A stretch of 60,128 bases of DNA from Octopus bimaculoides (Eukaryota): positions 34,400,727-34,460,854 of the forward strand of contig NC_068994.1 of assembly GCF_001194135.2 (NCBI RefSeq). The letters run 5' to 3'. Within the stretch, counting starts at the first letter, position 1, and each line of letters begins with the position of its first letter. Shown here in pieces: positions 25,576 to 39,384 of the stretch. Under the pieces are notes generated by a model. The model saw only the letters and a program-made list of their open reading frames with translations. It had not been told where the DNA came from and searched no databases. A program made the position numbers and the translations under genes.

Positions 25576-27310
25576 ATGAGCTTCTTTCAGTTTCCTACCA
25601 AATCTGCTCACAAGGCTTTGGTCAGCTCCAAGCTATAGGAGAATAAAAACTTGAAGAAGGTACTAGGTAGAGGGGACCATGGGGTTGGGAAGCAAACGTC
25701 TTAGACACACAGCCATGGCTCTGCCAAGTCATAGTTGCACGCTTATAAAGATATATATCACTGAAAGATTTTCACACACACACAAAATGCATTGGTTAAT
25801 TCAAGCCTATGGTTGCAGATGCATGCTCTAAATGTGAAGCAATGAAATCAAACCTAAAATTACTTGGTAGCAAAGAGAACTTCATAGCAACACAACCTTG
25901 TTAGTTCACTGTAATGTATTTACCCTTTTGCTTATTTCAGTCATTGAACTGAGGCCATGCTGGGACATCATCCTGAGAGGTTTAGTCAAACAAATCAACT
26001 TCATTACTTATGTTCTTTCAAAGTCTCACACTCATTCTAGTGATCTATTTCACTAAACTTCTAAATTAAAGAGACATAAACAAAACCAACACCAGATGTC
26101 AAGCAATGGAGTGGGACAGATACACACATCATCATCATTGTGTTAATGTATACTTTTCTATGTTCATTCCATGCCATAATAGAACATGGAGAGAATGAAA
26201 GAAATATTAAGAAAGAGAAATATTAATGTCTGATATCAAGTCAGTGTAGAATCAGTAAGGCTAAATAGGTGATGCCAAAACAGCAGTGCCAAAACGTCTC
26301 ATTCACCCCTCTTTTATCCCCTTTTATATTGAACAACAGCCTTTATAGACACCTGCAACAGCTTTCATACAAAACAGAAACTATACACTCCTCTACAGCC
26401 ACTTATGTATAAAACAACAATACACACAAAATTAAACACAGTCCAAACCTTTTAATTGTTTCAATTATTGGATAATGGCCATACTGGGGCACTGTCTTAA
26501 AGGAATAATTGCAGTTCAAATTTAAAAAGTCGACCCCAGTACTAATTTTTTTCAAGTACTTTTTCTATGAATCTCTTATGCCCAAAATGCTAAGTTATGG
26601 AGGACATAAACAAACCAGCACCAGTCATCAAGTGGTGGTGGAGGAGACACACACACACACACACAAGATTCTACACAATTTCCATCTGCCACATTCCAAT
26701 CCCAAAGTATTGGTCAGCCCAAGGTTACAGGAGAAAATACATGGCCAAAGTATTGTGAAGTGGGACTGAACCCAAAACCACATGGCTGCAAACCAAGCTT
26801 CTTAACCACACAGCCATGCTTGCACCTACAAAAAATATAAATAATAAACACATAACTGCTGGTGGTTGACATCAGTAAAAGCTATTAAGCAAAATTCAAG
26901 TCTTGTGAGTAAACTGAGTAGAAGGAAACTGAAAGAAGCTCATCATATACATGTGAAAGTATCCAGCACACTCTGCAAGGTGGTTGGCATCAGGAAGGGC
27001 ATCCAGCTATAGGAACCATGCCAAAACAGACTGGAGTCTGGTGCAGCCACCCTACTCAGTTTGCCAGCTCTGGTCACACCGTCCAATCCATGCCAGCATG
27101 GACAACAGACAGTAAATGATGATGATAATATATCTGTGTGTGTGTCTTTGTTCCCTATCACTGCTTGACAACCAGTGTTAGTGTGTTTACGTCCCCATAA
27201 CTTAGTGGTTTGGCAAAAGAGACTGATAAAATAAGTATTAGGCTTAATAACAAAAGATCCTAGGGTCAAAATGTTCAACTAAAAAACAAACAACTGAAAC
27301 AAGTAAAAGA
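25575..27310. mobile_element. Cluster of degenerate family A (25,575, 25,930, 26,460 minus; 27,130 plus) and family D (26,960 plus) SINEs
   Basis: Recurrent CAAAGCCTTG, GGGACTGAAC, CTAAGTTATG and GGCATCCAGCT blocks. Confidence 0.7.
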
Positions 27311-27699
27311 TAAAAGACAAGATAAGTTTGAACAAGTTTCTATGTTTTTCAGAGACAAGAAACTTGACATTTTGCAACTGACTCGCCATCTGAGGAAAAA
27401 AAAAGTTTTAAAAATGTTTGTCTTAGACAAAGTATTAGTCTTGAAGCATTCAATTCCTCTCCTAATCAAAGCTTCTAAATTTATCAGAACTTCTAAATTT
27501 AAAATGATGATAATATAACTAAGACAGATAACTTAGAAAATCTAATAATGAAAAAATATTGATGAAGTGTGGAATGACTAAAGAAAGAAAAGATAGATTG
27601 AAAATAGCTTGCTCAAATAAGTGCAGAGAGACAAAGAATGCCAATACCAGCAAACTTTCTTCATCTTCAAATGAAGAAATATAAGCTATGTAAATCACA

Positions 27700-28060
27700 T
27701 ATTCAATATTACAGCCAACCTAATATCTAAGCTGCCTAGACAGAACAAGAAAATAGTAAGATAAGGAATAGAATAGCCAGCCACTGTGAAAAGCAAAGTA
27801 AAAACAAAATAACAAGAAAAAAATGAAGTGAAACAGATTAACCAAAAACAGAATTTGTCCTCCTATCAATATTTAACAGAAGCACAAAATCAACTGATAT
27901 AAATTGAAAATAAGACAGACATATCAAAAATACATCTAAAATAGTTAATTGTCACAGATCAGACAATTTGAAAAGAGAGACAAACAATTTATAGGAAATA
28001 AACTGTTCAGTGGAAATGGAAAGAAAAGAAGTTCTACTGGGAACTAAATCAGAACAAATA
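27700..28060 (+). mobile_element. Possible highly decayed RLE (R4-like) LINE pre-RT fragment
   Basis: A-rich sense strand; ~27,953-28,010 translates QIRQFEKRDKQFIGNKLF, resembling the R4-clade KIRRYE.R.KQ..QN.LF motif. The rest is full of stops. Confidence 0.35.
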
Positions 28061-29149
28061 TAGACATAAGAAAGACTGAGACTCTGTCTCTCTCTCTCCC
28101 TCTCTCCTTCTCTTTGTCAGGAAGAAATTAGAAGATTCTGAATTGAAATATGGGACAAACAAGAAATACAATGGAGAGAGAGAGAGAGAAAGGCCTAAAA
28201 GATCATAAATCATGATATACAATTCATAGTACAACAACAAACACTAGTATTCAAATAAAACCATTAATACAATTAACTGGGAAAAGAAAGCTGGAAAACC
28301 CCTGGGACCAGCATGAACTAAAATTTAAGGATACAAAAAATATTTCTTCATTCTGCATGACTTTTTTAGATAAATCAACATCATAATCATCGACTGACTC
28401 TCTTTTTCTACCCTGGCATGGGTTAGATAAGGATTATTAAAGCAATAGTCAGTAGCTAGATGCCCTTCTTTGTGCCAAACCTCATCTTTCAAGCAAGGCA
28501 TTTTTAGTCTACTGATCTTCACAGATGACAAAACAACCAGGCTACAGCATCTAATGCTTTTCACTGTATTCAGTGACTATGAGAAGACACACATACACAC
28601 ACGTCTCTCTCTCTCTTTCTCTCTTGAACAGCTCCCACAGTTCACCAGTATGAACGTCCATACTGTTTCTTCTGAGTTTCACTATCAAGGCATTCGTCAA
28701 TTTGGGGTTATAGTAAAAGACATCTGTTCTGAAAGGCAGGATGGAAATTGTGTTGTGATGAAATGATTGGATGAAACTGTTTGACCACTGGTGACTTGGC
28801 AAGGCTGACTGGATATTGAGCCAATTTGGGCAACAGTACTTTTTAGCACTGGGGGCACACACACACACACATGCTCACATGCATGTGCATGTAGAAATAT
28901 ACACTTACAAATAGAGAGGGTGAGGAACATAGAAACTTTACAATTTACTAATTGAACATGCTACATAAACACTTTCCCTTTCTTTCAGATGCATAAAGTG
29001 AAATATACTCACACACATAAACAGAGAGAGATAGAGAGAGAGAATGAGAGAAGCATTAAAGTATCTGCTAGCAAATGAGTCAGCATTGAACCAGTGACAC
29101 CAAATAGTGTCAAAATAGTAATGTCAGAATGTCTCATATCCAGAGCATA

Positions 29150-29505
29150 TAGCTGTGAAGGTGCATAGGTCGGTGGTTAGAGCATTGGGCTCACTATCAC
29201 GAGGTAATGAGTTCAATTCCTGGACTGGGCTGCATTGCATTCTTGAGCAAAACACTTTATTTCACATTGCTCCAGTTCACTCAGCTGTAGAAATGAGTTG
29301 CAACATCACTGGTGCCTAACTGTATCGGCCTTTGCCTTTCCCTTGGGTAACATCAGTGGTGAAGAGAGGGGAGGCTGGTATGCACGGGCCACTGCCGGCT
29401 TCCATAAACAACCTATCCCTGGACTTGTGCCTTGGAGGGGAACTTTCTAGGTGCAATCCCATGATCATTCATGACCGAAGGGGGTCTTTACCCTTTATAG
29501 TTGTG
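29150..29505 (+). mobile_element. tRNA-derived SINE with CORE-like segment (family C head, different 3' region)
   Basis: GGTCGGTGGTTAGAGC (A box), GAGTTCAATTCC (B box), CTTGAGCAAAACACTTTATTTCACATTGCTCCAG. Confidence 0.8.
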
Positions 29506-30269
29506 ATGGTCGCTTCTCAACCACACAGCCAGACCTGCACCAATAAATCTTTGAACTCAACAGTAAATGATTGAAAAATCATAAAATTATATGATGTGGG
29601 TAAAACAGATTTGATGAAATAACATTATTACATATTGGACAACAACACACAGGGTGCTGACCCAAATAATGGAGTGGATTTGTCCCTAGTTTACATGAAA
29701 ACAAATTTGCTAACAGAAGAAAAGAAAGAGATAAAAAGAAAAGAATGAATTTGTCATTTCCAAGAGTGAATATTCTTGTCTAGCTCTTTCATCAATTAGG
29801 AAGTACATTCGTTCATTTATCGTTGCTGGTGTTTTTATGTGGTTAAGCTCACTTCATAATTGGGTGATTCTGGGTTCAATTCCAATGAATGGCACCTCAT
29901 ACAAGTAACTTGTACTGTAGCATTGGGTTGATCAATTCATTGTGAGTGGAATTCGGTCAATAGAAACAAGGCAGAAGTTTGTCTGTCTGTCTCTCTGTGT
30001 GGTGTGTGTATGCCCTGAGGTCAACATAGTTTTTTTATCCTTTTAAAATTGATAAATAACCAGTCCAGTACTAGAGTTGATTTACACTCTCTCTCTCTCT
30101 CTCAACCAGACTTGGAGAGAGATGGGCTTGGCTACTTCTAAAATAAGCCCCAAGATATGGGGTGAGGAAGGAGAGTAGATGACTGACAGTACCAAACAGC
30201 AGAGAAGTAATGATGAAACAGTAGACCAGAGAATTTAAAATGTAAACAGAAGTGTCAAAAGTATGGTTA

Positions 30270-30600
30270 TGCTGGGACACCATCTTGAAGTGTTTTAGTC
30301 AAACAAATTAACTCTAGTACTTATGGGGATTTTTTAAGCCTGGTACTTATTTTATTAGTCATTTAGCTGATCTGCTAAGTTAAAAAGACCTAAACAAACC
30401 AACTCTGCTTGTCAAGCAGTGACAAGAGACACATACATGTATATATACAACACAGTTTCCATTGATAAAATTCACTCACAAGGCATTAGATGGCCTGATT
30501 CTATAGCAGCAAACACTTACCCAAGGTGCCACAAAGTGGGACTGAACCTTAAATCACATGGTTGCAAAATGAACTCCTTAACCACACATCTATGCTTATA
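30270..30600 (-). mobile_element. Degenerate family A SINE
   Basis: GGTACTTATTTTATT, CTAAGTTA, AAATTCACTCACAAGGC, GGGACTGAACC. Confidence 0.7.
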
Positions 30601-30792
30601 GAAGTTGCTTTCTTTTCTCTTAACATGTAATTTTAATTAATTAAACCTCCTCTTTTTATTGTTGCTGCTCTTAATATTATGTATGTGAATCTTTTCCCTG
30701 TTACTTGGCTATATGTTTTATATGCGGAAATCCTCCATAGGTTCTTCGTAAATTAGTATCTGTGCACATTGCTCAGTATGCATAATGCATGC

Positions 30793-30828
<36 letters not shown>

Positions 30829-31711
30829 TTTCTCTCTCTCTCTCTCTCACCCAAACATAAACATGTAATTACATAGTTATATGCTACTGGAACATTGCCA
30901 ATATTCAACCAAAGCTGATTACAGCAATTTCCTATATGGTATGAAAAGAAAACACACACACACACACACACATGGCAACACATTGGTATGCACGCACAAG
31001 AATGAATGAAGGAAGCCTCTCTAGGGTTGCTCAACCTACTAGAAATAGTAGCCAAATCTTCTTATCACAACCACATCTAAGAAATAGGTAGAGATACATT
31101 GTATAACATGTTTCCAGATTAACTGTCTGAAAACAATGGAATGGTCATGACTTGATTGTCTTAGATCATTCATAAGCCTTCTAACAAGGCTTATGAATGA
31201 CACAACAATAACAGCAAAAACTGGAAGATAAGATAATTTTGTAGTTCTATATGTCAAATCTCTATATTATATTTGATAGTTATTACAAATTTCTTTCATG
31301 TTTGGAATCTTCTAGTAATCCTGACTTTTGGGATATTATAATATATGAGGGTGAATTAGAGCATTGGTTAAAATGTTTTGAAATATTTGATCTGTCCCAC
31401 CATTTCTTTGGTCTGTGAAGGAGATGAACCAATAATATTGAAGAATATATAAAAGCAAAGAAGGGAGATACAAGACTGGTATGGATGAGAATGTCAAGGA
31501 ACTGTAAAAGATGGGAGTGGCTTGAAAAAGCACATGTCCAGCAGTGGATTGCTATACCTTAGGAAAAAAGAGAGAACTGGATTCAGCTTTTCACTCTTTC
31601 ATTGAAATATTAACTTTATGTCATTAGAATTTAGAAACTTTGAGAGATGAGAATTATTTTTTAACAGTGGAACTCAAAGTAGATAATAATAACAATAATA
31701 ATAATAATAAT

Positions 31712-31935
31712 AATCCTTTCTACTGTGGGCACAAGGCCCGAAATTTGTGGGGGAGGATAGTCAATTTCATCAAACCCAGTGTTTCACAATTTCACAAGTA
31801 CTTAATTTATCGACCCTGAAAGGATGAGAAGCATAGTTGACCTCAGTGGAATTTGAACTCTGAATGTAAAGACAAGTGAAATACTGCTAAGCATTTTGCC
31901 TGGCGCACTAATGATTCTGCCAGGTCACTGCCTTC
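31712..31935 (-). mobile_element. Family B SINE embedded in (AAT)n
   Basis: Full reverse complement from ATCCTTTCTACT to CTGCCAGGTCACTGCC, flanked by AATAAT runs. Confidence 0.85.
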
Positions 31936-31974
31936 AATAATAATGATAGTAATAATAACAATAATAATGTTCAT

Positions 31975-32230
31975 CCATCATTGTTAACGATGACCAGGAC
32001 ATCACACGGGAGAAGAAGATGGGTCACGCTGTGTCTGTCTGTGGCAGATCAGACCGACGCATGCTCAGAAGGTTCTGCTGTAGTTTGGGCACTGGTAGTC
32101 TGCTGAGAATTAAGGCAAGGAATTGGCTCTAAACTTGTGCAGTTCACATTTTGTTTCTGCTCCTGTGATTCTCTTCTTCAACAGCTTTCTCAGACAGCTC
32201 ATATGGAAGCTGTTTATAAAGAATAACATG
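31975..32230 (-). mobile_element. RTE/BovB-like LINE 3' end
   Basis: Minus strand reads EENHRS / KCELHKFRANS..YQCPNYSRTF*ACVGLICH, a decayed C-terminal CPxCxRTFRARIGLxSH zinc-finger-like motif, then GTCATCGTTAACAATGATGGATGAAC. Confidence 0.7.
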
Positions 32231-33049
32231 TAAATATAGGGTTTAAATTCCCTTTGGATAGAAAAAGTCAGATAGTCTTTGACTTTTTCTAACTAAATGA
32301 TATTTTAATCCAATATTTACGTGCTATTTTCCACTGAGGTTGACTTTGCCTTTCATCCTTTCAAGGTTGATAGAATAAGAACCAATGGAGTACTGGGGTC
32401 AATGTAATCAGTTTACTTCCTCCTCCTCCTCCGAACTTGCTGGCTTTGTGCCAAAATTTGAAACCCATATTTACATGCTATTTATTGCTTTACCTACTTG
32501 AAGTGCCACTGTTAAAAACGATTCAACTTCAGCTTTCGTTGCTATTTTGGCACTAGCATAGCTAGGGGAGTGGGTGAGTGAATGGAGGACATGAGAGTGG
32601 CTCATCCCAGACAATGTATCCAGCAGAGTGGCACTTATGGATCTGCTGTAAAAGCCTGAATAAGCTTTCTACTGGGAGTGGGGGCAACTCTAAAGCTGCT
32701 CCAGGTAGCACACACAATCTATGTTATTACCTTTTGGGTTTGATAAAGTACCAGTCTGGAGTGATGGAGTGGAATGGAAGAATTGTTAGAACATAGGATG
32801 AGATGTCTTGTATGATCTGTTCCAACTCTTATTATATTGAATTCAAACCCACCTCCCATCATCTACTTCCTTCTGGCAGGAAACAGTTCTACAAGTACAA
32901 GAGTTGGCTAATCAAGATAAGTTTTCAGTATCAGATGGAACAACATGTTGACTTGAGCAACATCTCAGATATTGACAAACAGTTCTTGCACAAGACAGGA
33001 GACACGTTAGACCATAACAAAAGGAAAACTTGTATTTACTTGTTTTACT

Positions 33050-33830
33050 CATTAAAGGTAGCCATACTGAGGCACCACCTTGAAGAGTTTTTGTCAAACA
33101 AATCTACCCCCCCACCCAATACTTGTGGGTTTCTTTTTAAAATACTTATTGTAGCAGTCTGTTTTTGTTGAACCACTAAGTTATGAGGATATAAACAAAC
33201 CAATACTGGTTGTCGAGCAGTGGTAGGGAACAAACATAAAAACACACACACACTTCTGTGTGTGCATATATACATATATATATATATATATANNNNNNNN
33301 NNNNNNNNNNNNNNNNNNNNNNNNNNNNNNNNNNNNNNNNNNNNNNNNNNNNNNNNNNNNNNNNNNNNNNNNNNNNNNNNNNNNNNNNNNNNNNNNNNNN
33401 NNNNNNNNNNNNNNNNNNNNNNNNNNNNNNNNNNNNNNNNNNNNNNNNNNNNNNNNNNNNNNNNNNNNNNNNNNNNNNNNNNNNNNNNNNNNNNNNNNNN
33501 NNNNNNNNNNNNNNNNNNNNNNNNNNNNNNNNNNNNNNNNNNNNNNNNNNNNNNNNNNNNNNNNNNNNNNNNNNNNNNNNNNNNNNNNNNNNNNNNNNNN
33601 NNNNNNNNNNNNNNNNNNNNNNNNNNNNNNNNNNNNNNNNNNNNNNNNNNNNNNNNNNNNNNNNNTATATATATATATATGATGGGATTTCATTTAACTT
33701 CGTTTACTAAATTTACTCACAAGGCATTGAGTAGCCTGAGGTTCTATTGGAAGGCACTTGCCCCAAAAGGTGCACAGTAGGACTGAACCCAAAACCATGT
33801 ATGGTTAAAACAGGCTTTTAACTGTACACA
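33050..33830 (-). mobile_element. Family A SINE split by a gap in its central microsatellite
   Basis: Tail half at 33,050-33,260 and head half at 33,680-33,830. Confidence 0.7.
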
Positions 33831-33999
33831 GTCATGAAATGAAAGCTGATAATGGAAGGATTAGATTGCTCATCAATGAAGCAGTGAACTTTGGATAATG
33901 TTAACCATCTAATCTGGTCGTCTTAGATAACAGCACTTCTGCACTGGAGAGATGTGGTGGGTTATAGTGATGTGAGAGGGATGACATATTAAGGTTAGA

Positions 34000-34760
34000 T
34001 GACATGGCTATTACTGTGCCAACTGTGACCATCACAACTGATATGAGGACTCATTCTGATACCAGCATCTCCTTCACAAATGCTACTTATTCCACTATCA
34101 CTACCACAATAATTCCAACAGCATTAACTTCACCACTCTCATCAAAACATCAACACAAGCAATCCTGTTACCACAACCACTACTACTTCTACTAACACCA
34201 CCATCTAAGCCAGTATCATTACTAGCACTACAACCATTACAACAAGCCATACTCTCACCACCACCATCACTTTACAACCACTGACAACATGACTACTACC
34301 ACCACCACTACATACTCTTGTCATTACAGCCACCACTACGTACCACCAACCACCGCCTGTACAGTTGACTTGTGTTCAGCGAGACAATGAGTAATAGCTT
34401 TATCAATAATTGACTTGACAATTACGGAGGTTTATTAACACACCATTTAAAAATTCCTCACAACACCATGACAACGTCAACATCACTGGCATCACAACAA
34501 CCATCATTGCAGCTTTCACAACCATCATCAACACCACCACTACTACCACAACAGCAACAACCATCTCAAACATAACCACTACCACCACCATCATCATCAT
34601 CGTCATCACAGCTATCATAGCCATCACAACAATGTTGATCAAGTTGTGACATAACCATCATGGCAAGTTAGGAAACGTTAAAACCAACATACACCCTCCT
34701 CCTAACACACTCTGCCACCACCACCACCAGCACCATTATCATCATCATCATCATCATCCC
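34000..34760. repeat. Cryptic (CAC/CAT/CAA) trinucleotide low-complexity tract
   Basis: Mixed ACC/ATC/AAC triplets. Confidence 0.85.
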
Positions 34761-34899
34761 TACTCTGTAGAATAAAGTGAGAGAGAATGGGATGAGGAGG
34801 GATAGGGGTTTCTACCTTATCATTTCAGAACAATGCATTTATTGGTCTTAATTAGAAAATTTCATGTCTGTAAAGTTGTACTGGAAGATAATGGATGGA

Positions 34900-35400
34900 T
34901 TGTGAGAATGTATGGATGGGTGTAGGGGCAATGTATGTATGTATAGCTGAACGTACATACATACATACGTACATACATACATAATGGTTAGATACATGGA
35001 AGGACATATGGATGGCTGGATGGACAGACAAAAGGGAGAAGAGGATGATAAAGGGTAGAAAGGGACAGAAGTAAAAATAGATAGATATATAGACAGATAT
35101 ATAGATAGATATATAGGAGGAAAGACAAGCAGATGGATAGGTAGACAGAAGGATTGATAAATAACTAGATGGCTAGATAAATAGGATAGAGGGATAGACA
35201 GACATAAATAGACAGATAGACGGATAGACAGATGGACAGATAGGATAGACAAATAGGAGAGATAGATAGGTAGACTGACAGATGGACGGATAGATAGACA
35301 GATGGATAGATAGGATACACAAACAGAATGAGAGATAAATAGATGGACAGATAGACAGATGGATGGACAGTAGATAGATAGATAAATAGATTACTAGTGA
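34900..35400. repeat. Compound (GATA/GACA/GATG)n tetranucleotide array
   Basis: Direct inspection. Confidence 0.9.
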
Positions 35401-36005
35401 TTGTAAAAGATGGATGAATGGTTAGGTGGGTAGTGGAGGTAGTTGTGCAACAGTGGTGCCAGTGGCCATGTTGGCTGTAGTGATTGTGGTTGTTGTTGCT
35501 GTTGTAGTTGTAGTGGAAATAGCACCAGTAAATTGTTGTAATGGCATCAGCAATAATTGTTGTGTGCTGGTAGTGGAGGAGAGATTGATTGGAGAGGAAT
35601 GGAGAGTTGCAGGGAAGGAGGACACAGAGGAGCTAAAGTAAAAGGGGGAAAAAAAAAAAAAAAAAAAAAGCAAGACAAAAAAAAAATTAAAGTAAAAACT
35701 AATGAAAAGAAAGGAAAGGAGGAAGGAAGGAGAGAGGGGGGGAGAGAATGAAGAAGATGGATGGCTTTAAAATTTCAAATTGATGATAGATGAGAACACT
35801 TGAGAATTGAAAAACTCACTGACTTGCTTACCAAAAAATTTTTAGGTGCAAAAAATTTGATAATAATGATGAGGTGTGTTTAACCCTGAAGAAAGAGAGA
35901 GAGATTTTTGTATTTCATTATATATACAGACATACATACAATGTATATGTATGTATATACATGCATTTAATAGTATGTTTATATGTATATACAGATATAT
36001 AAATG

Positions 36006-36054
<49 letters not shown>

Positions 36055-36409
36055 GTGTATATGTGTGATTATATGTATATAGTGAGAGAGAGACAGAAAT
36101 ACAAAAATATTAATGAGTATATACACAGTGTGTACAAATGCATATATATGCATAGACATATATACCCAAATATTTGTGAGAGTATACAATGTGTATAGAT
36201 ATGTTTATGTGTGTATGTATATATATATATATGTATATATATGTTTGTATATGCAAATGTGTATCTTTTGCTGTTTTAGAAGTTTTTATTATATTTAATT
36301 TATTTCCTCTTTTTCATTCTTTCTTTCTTTCGTTTTTATTCATTTGTATTTATTTCATAGTTTTATTTATTTAGACTTCATTTGATTTTTACCTCCAACA
36401 ATGAAAATC

Positions 36410-37180
36410 AGCAATATTCTTAATAATGTCAGTATTACCACCACCACCACCACCACCACCATCACCATTATCGTAACAATTACAACTGACATCATTATCA
36501 TCTTCATCATCCTCAAAACTACTATTGCCGTCATCATTATCATGACCACCACCATAATCATCATCATCATCATCTTCATTAATATCATTATCATCGTCAT
36601 CTTCATTAACATCATCATAACAACCACTGCCACCATCATTATGCTGATAATGACCACTGTCGTCATCATCATAATCCCCACCATTACCACTACTACCACC
36701 ATTATCATCAAAACCACCACCACCACTACCATCATCATAAATACCACCATCATCATCGTAACTACCACCACCACCATCATAACTACCACCGTCATCATCA
36801 TAAATACCACCGCCATCATCATCATCATAAGCACCACCACCACCATCATCATCATAACAACTACCACACACATCATCATCATAACAACTACCACCACCAT
36901 CATCTTTACTACTACTACTACCACCACCATCATCATCATAGCTACCACCACCATCATAACTACCATAACCACCATCACATCATCATAAATACCACTACCA
37001 TCTTCATAACTATCATTACCATCATCATCATAGTTATCACCACTACAATCATCATATCTGCCACCACCACCATCATCATATCTACCACTACCACCACCAC
37101 CATCACCATCATCATTATCATAACCATCACCACCTTCATCACTTTCACCCTAACCACTGCCATTAACACCAACAACAAGC
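36410..37180. repeat. ~770 bp degenerate (ACC/ATC/ACT)n trinucleotide array
   Basis: Produces the Thr/Ile, Val/Met and Asp/Gly ORFs in several frames on both strands. Confidence 0.9.
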
Positions 37181-37669
37181 CACTGGTGGAGTTTCTTTAT
37201 AATTGCATGACTTCTTAAACATAGCAGCCAAATCTGTCTCAAATCATACTCTATTGCTTTAAACGATGAGAGAATATACTGGATAATGTAGCCCTAGATA
37301 TTTTATTTTAAAATATTTTATGATTGAAATAGCTTTGATCATAGGATTGCTTGATCAGGATTGACCTGGGTTTAAATAAGCTCAGTAGCAACATTTTTGC
37401 TATAAAACTACAGCCATAACTAATGCCAACACAATAAACACAACCACCACCAACAACAACAACACCATCGTAAAATATCACTAACAACACCATGGCCACT
37501 ACCCCCCCCCCACTGCCACCACAACCACTACCACTGACACAGCCATCATTGCCATCACAATCACCATTACCAACACTAAACTCATTCTACCTTGAAAGAT
37601 CATGTTGATAACAAAGGTTAGCAAGTCTTTGAGGAAATTGTGCACTAATTTGCGTGGGTGTATGCGTAT

Positions 37670-37712
<43 letters not shown>

Positions 37713-38187
37713 AAATATGTGCATGTGCATGTGCCTGCATGTATGTATCTTTATGTGTATGGATATCTGCATCTATGTGTGTATGCACATGAGTTTGTTT
37801 GTATGAGTGTATATGTGTGTGCTTGCATGTGTGTGTTTTACTGTTGTGCCTCCTATGTCTATATATGTTTTACTATATTGCCTCCACAGCGTATATATAT
37901 TGCCAGTCAAGGTAACAGAAGAGTAAACATCAAGATATTAAGTTCATCTTTTCTTTATATTTCACACAATATTTCAAATATATTCTCTGATCAACACCAT
38001 CTGACTTATCTCTAGATCTATATTCACCACTGTCTGTCTGTCTGTCTGTCTCTCTTTAAACAAACACATATATACAGAAATGTTTCATGGTGAGAATATA
38101 AACATAACATTAGTAAGTCTATATATGTATATATGTACATGCATATGTATCTGAGTGTACATATATATCTATGTATGTATATCTGTG

Positions 38188-38224
<37 letters not shown>

Positions 38225-38430
38225 TATATACACAGTATTAGACATCAATTTCAGCTGATCTCACCAATCAGTTTCCCACTGGATTTTATATAACTGGATA
38301 TTAGATAACAGTACAGTTAAGAATACCACATGCTCATCAAAGATGGCAGTTATTTAACTGTGCTGTTATATATCTTGCTATTTAATACCCAGTGTGAAAC
38401 TGATTGGTAAGATTGGCTGGAATGGCTCTA

Positions 38431-38642
38431 TGAGGGGGTGCTGAGAAGTTCCTGATCTTGAGCAAAAGAAAAGGAGAGCACTTAATTATGATTTTATTCA
38501 ACATATTCCCATCTCAGATTGACACACTTATTGCAGCATTCCTTCATTTCTTCTAAGCCCTGTAAAAGAACTTGAAAGGTTGGGTTCCTAACCAGGCCTT
38601 TTGTAATACCCTTAAAGCTGGGAACTTTCCAGAACCCTCTCA
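38431..38642. mobile_element. Tc1/mariner-type MITE with TA target duplication
   Basis: TA|TGAGGGGGTGCTGAGAAGTTCCTG...CTGGGAACTTTCCAGAACCCTCTCA|TA: imperfect ~24 bp TIRs resembling mariner CGAGGG ends, no ORF. Confidence 0.8.
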
Positions 38643-38776
38643 TATAATACTGTATACTTTGCTTGATAAACCCATTCTGTTGAGAAATATACAAGTGCAC
38701 ATTTTATCTGACTTACTGATTCTTAGACAACTTTGCAACTATATATGTATGTGTAATTGTGTATATACATACATAC

Positions 38777-38815
<39 letters not shown>

Positions 38816-38844
38816 TTACTATTGCTTAACCATCTTCTCATACA

Positions 38845-38892
38845 GTCTCCGATGAAGGGATATAATAAATATCCTGGAAAAGGCTGTAAGAC
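38845..38892 (+). ncRNA. Degenerate minimal type I hammerhead ribozyme motif
   Basis: GTCT-CCGATGA-A[GGGATAT aataa ATATCCT]G-GAAA-AGGCTG-TA-AGAC: stems I and II pair, but U4 to C and stem III are altered. Confidence 0.6.
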
Positions 38893-39328
38893 CTATTTAT
38901 AAATGTTCTAAAATCTACACACCCTTGGTTTTTTATCTCATTACGAAAAGTAAATCTTTATATACATGCATACACANNNNNNNNNNAGAAATATACAAGT
39001 GCACATTTTATCTGACTTACTGATTCTTAGACAACTTTGCAACTATATATGTATGTGTAATTGTGTATATACATACATACATATATATATATATATATGT
39101 ATATATAAAGTATAGGGGTTAGTTTACAGGTGATCTAAATGATTAGGTACGCTACGCAAGTATTGTAATGGATTACTGAGGCTCCAGGGTTATAGCCAAG
39201 ATGGTAGCTATGGAGCCATTACAGATTTCCAATGCAGCGGATATATAATTGTTAAACAGGATGTCAAACGTTAGGGCAAGGCAAACATCTCAAGTCCTAT
39301 ACAATATTATTACAGGAAGAAATTCAAA

Positions 39329-39384
39329 ATCTTACAGCGTTTTCTGGGATATCCCCGAGTATGAGATATTCTATCATCAGAGAC
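39329..39384 (-). ncRNA. Hammerhead motif in the left arm (stem III damaged)
   Basis: Minus strand: GTCT-CTGATGA-TAGAATATCT catactcgg GGATATCCCA-GAAA-ACGCTG-TA-AGAT. Confidence 0.65.

Noticed and set aside
31985-32140. Plus-strand MGHAVSVCGRSDRR... mini-ORF
   Set aside because: It is the antisense of an RTE LINE C-terminus.
36367-36988. 195-203 aa Thr/Ile, Val/Met and Gly/Asp/Tyr ORFs
   Set aside because: Open in several frames on both strands because ACC/ATC triplet arrays lack stops; no non-repetitive coding signal.
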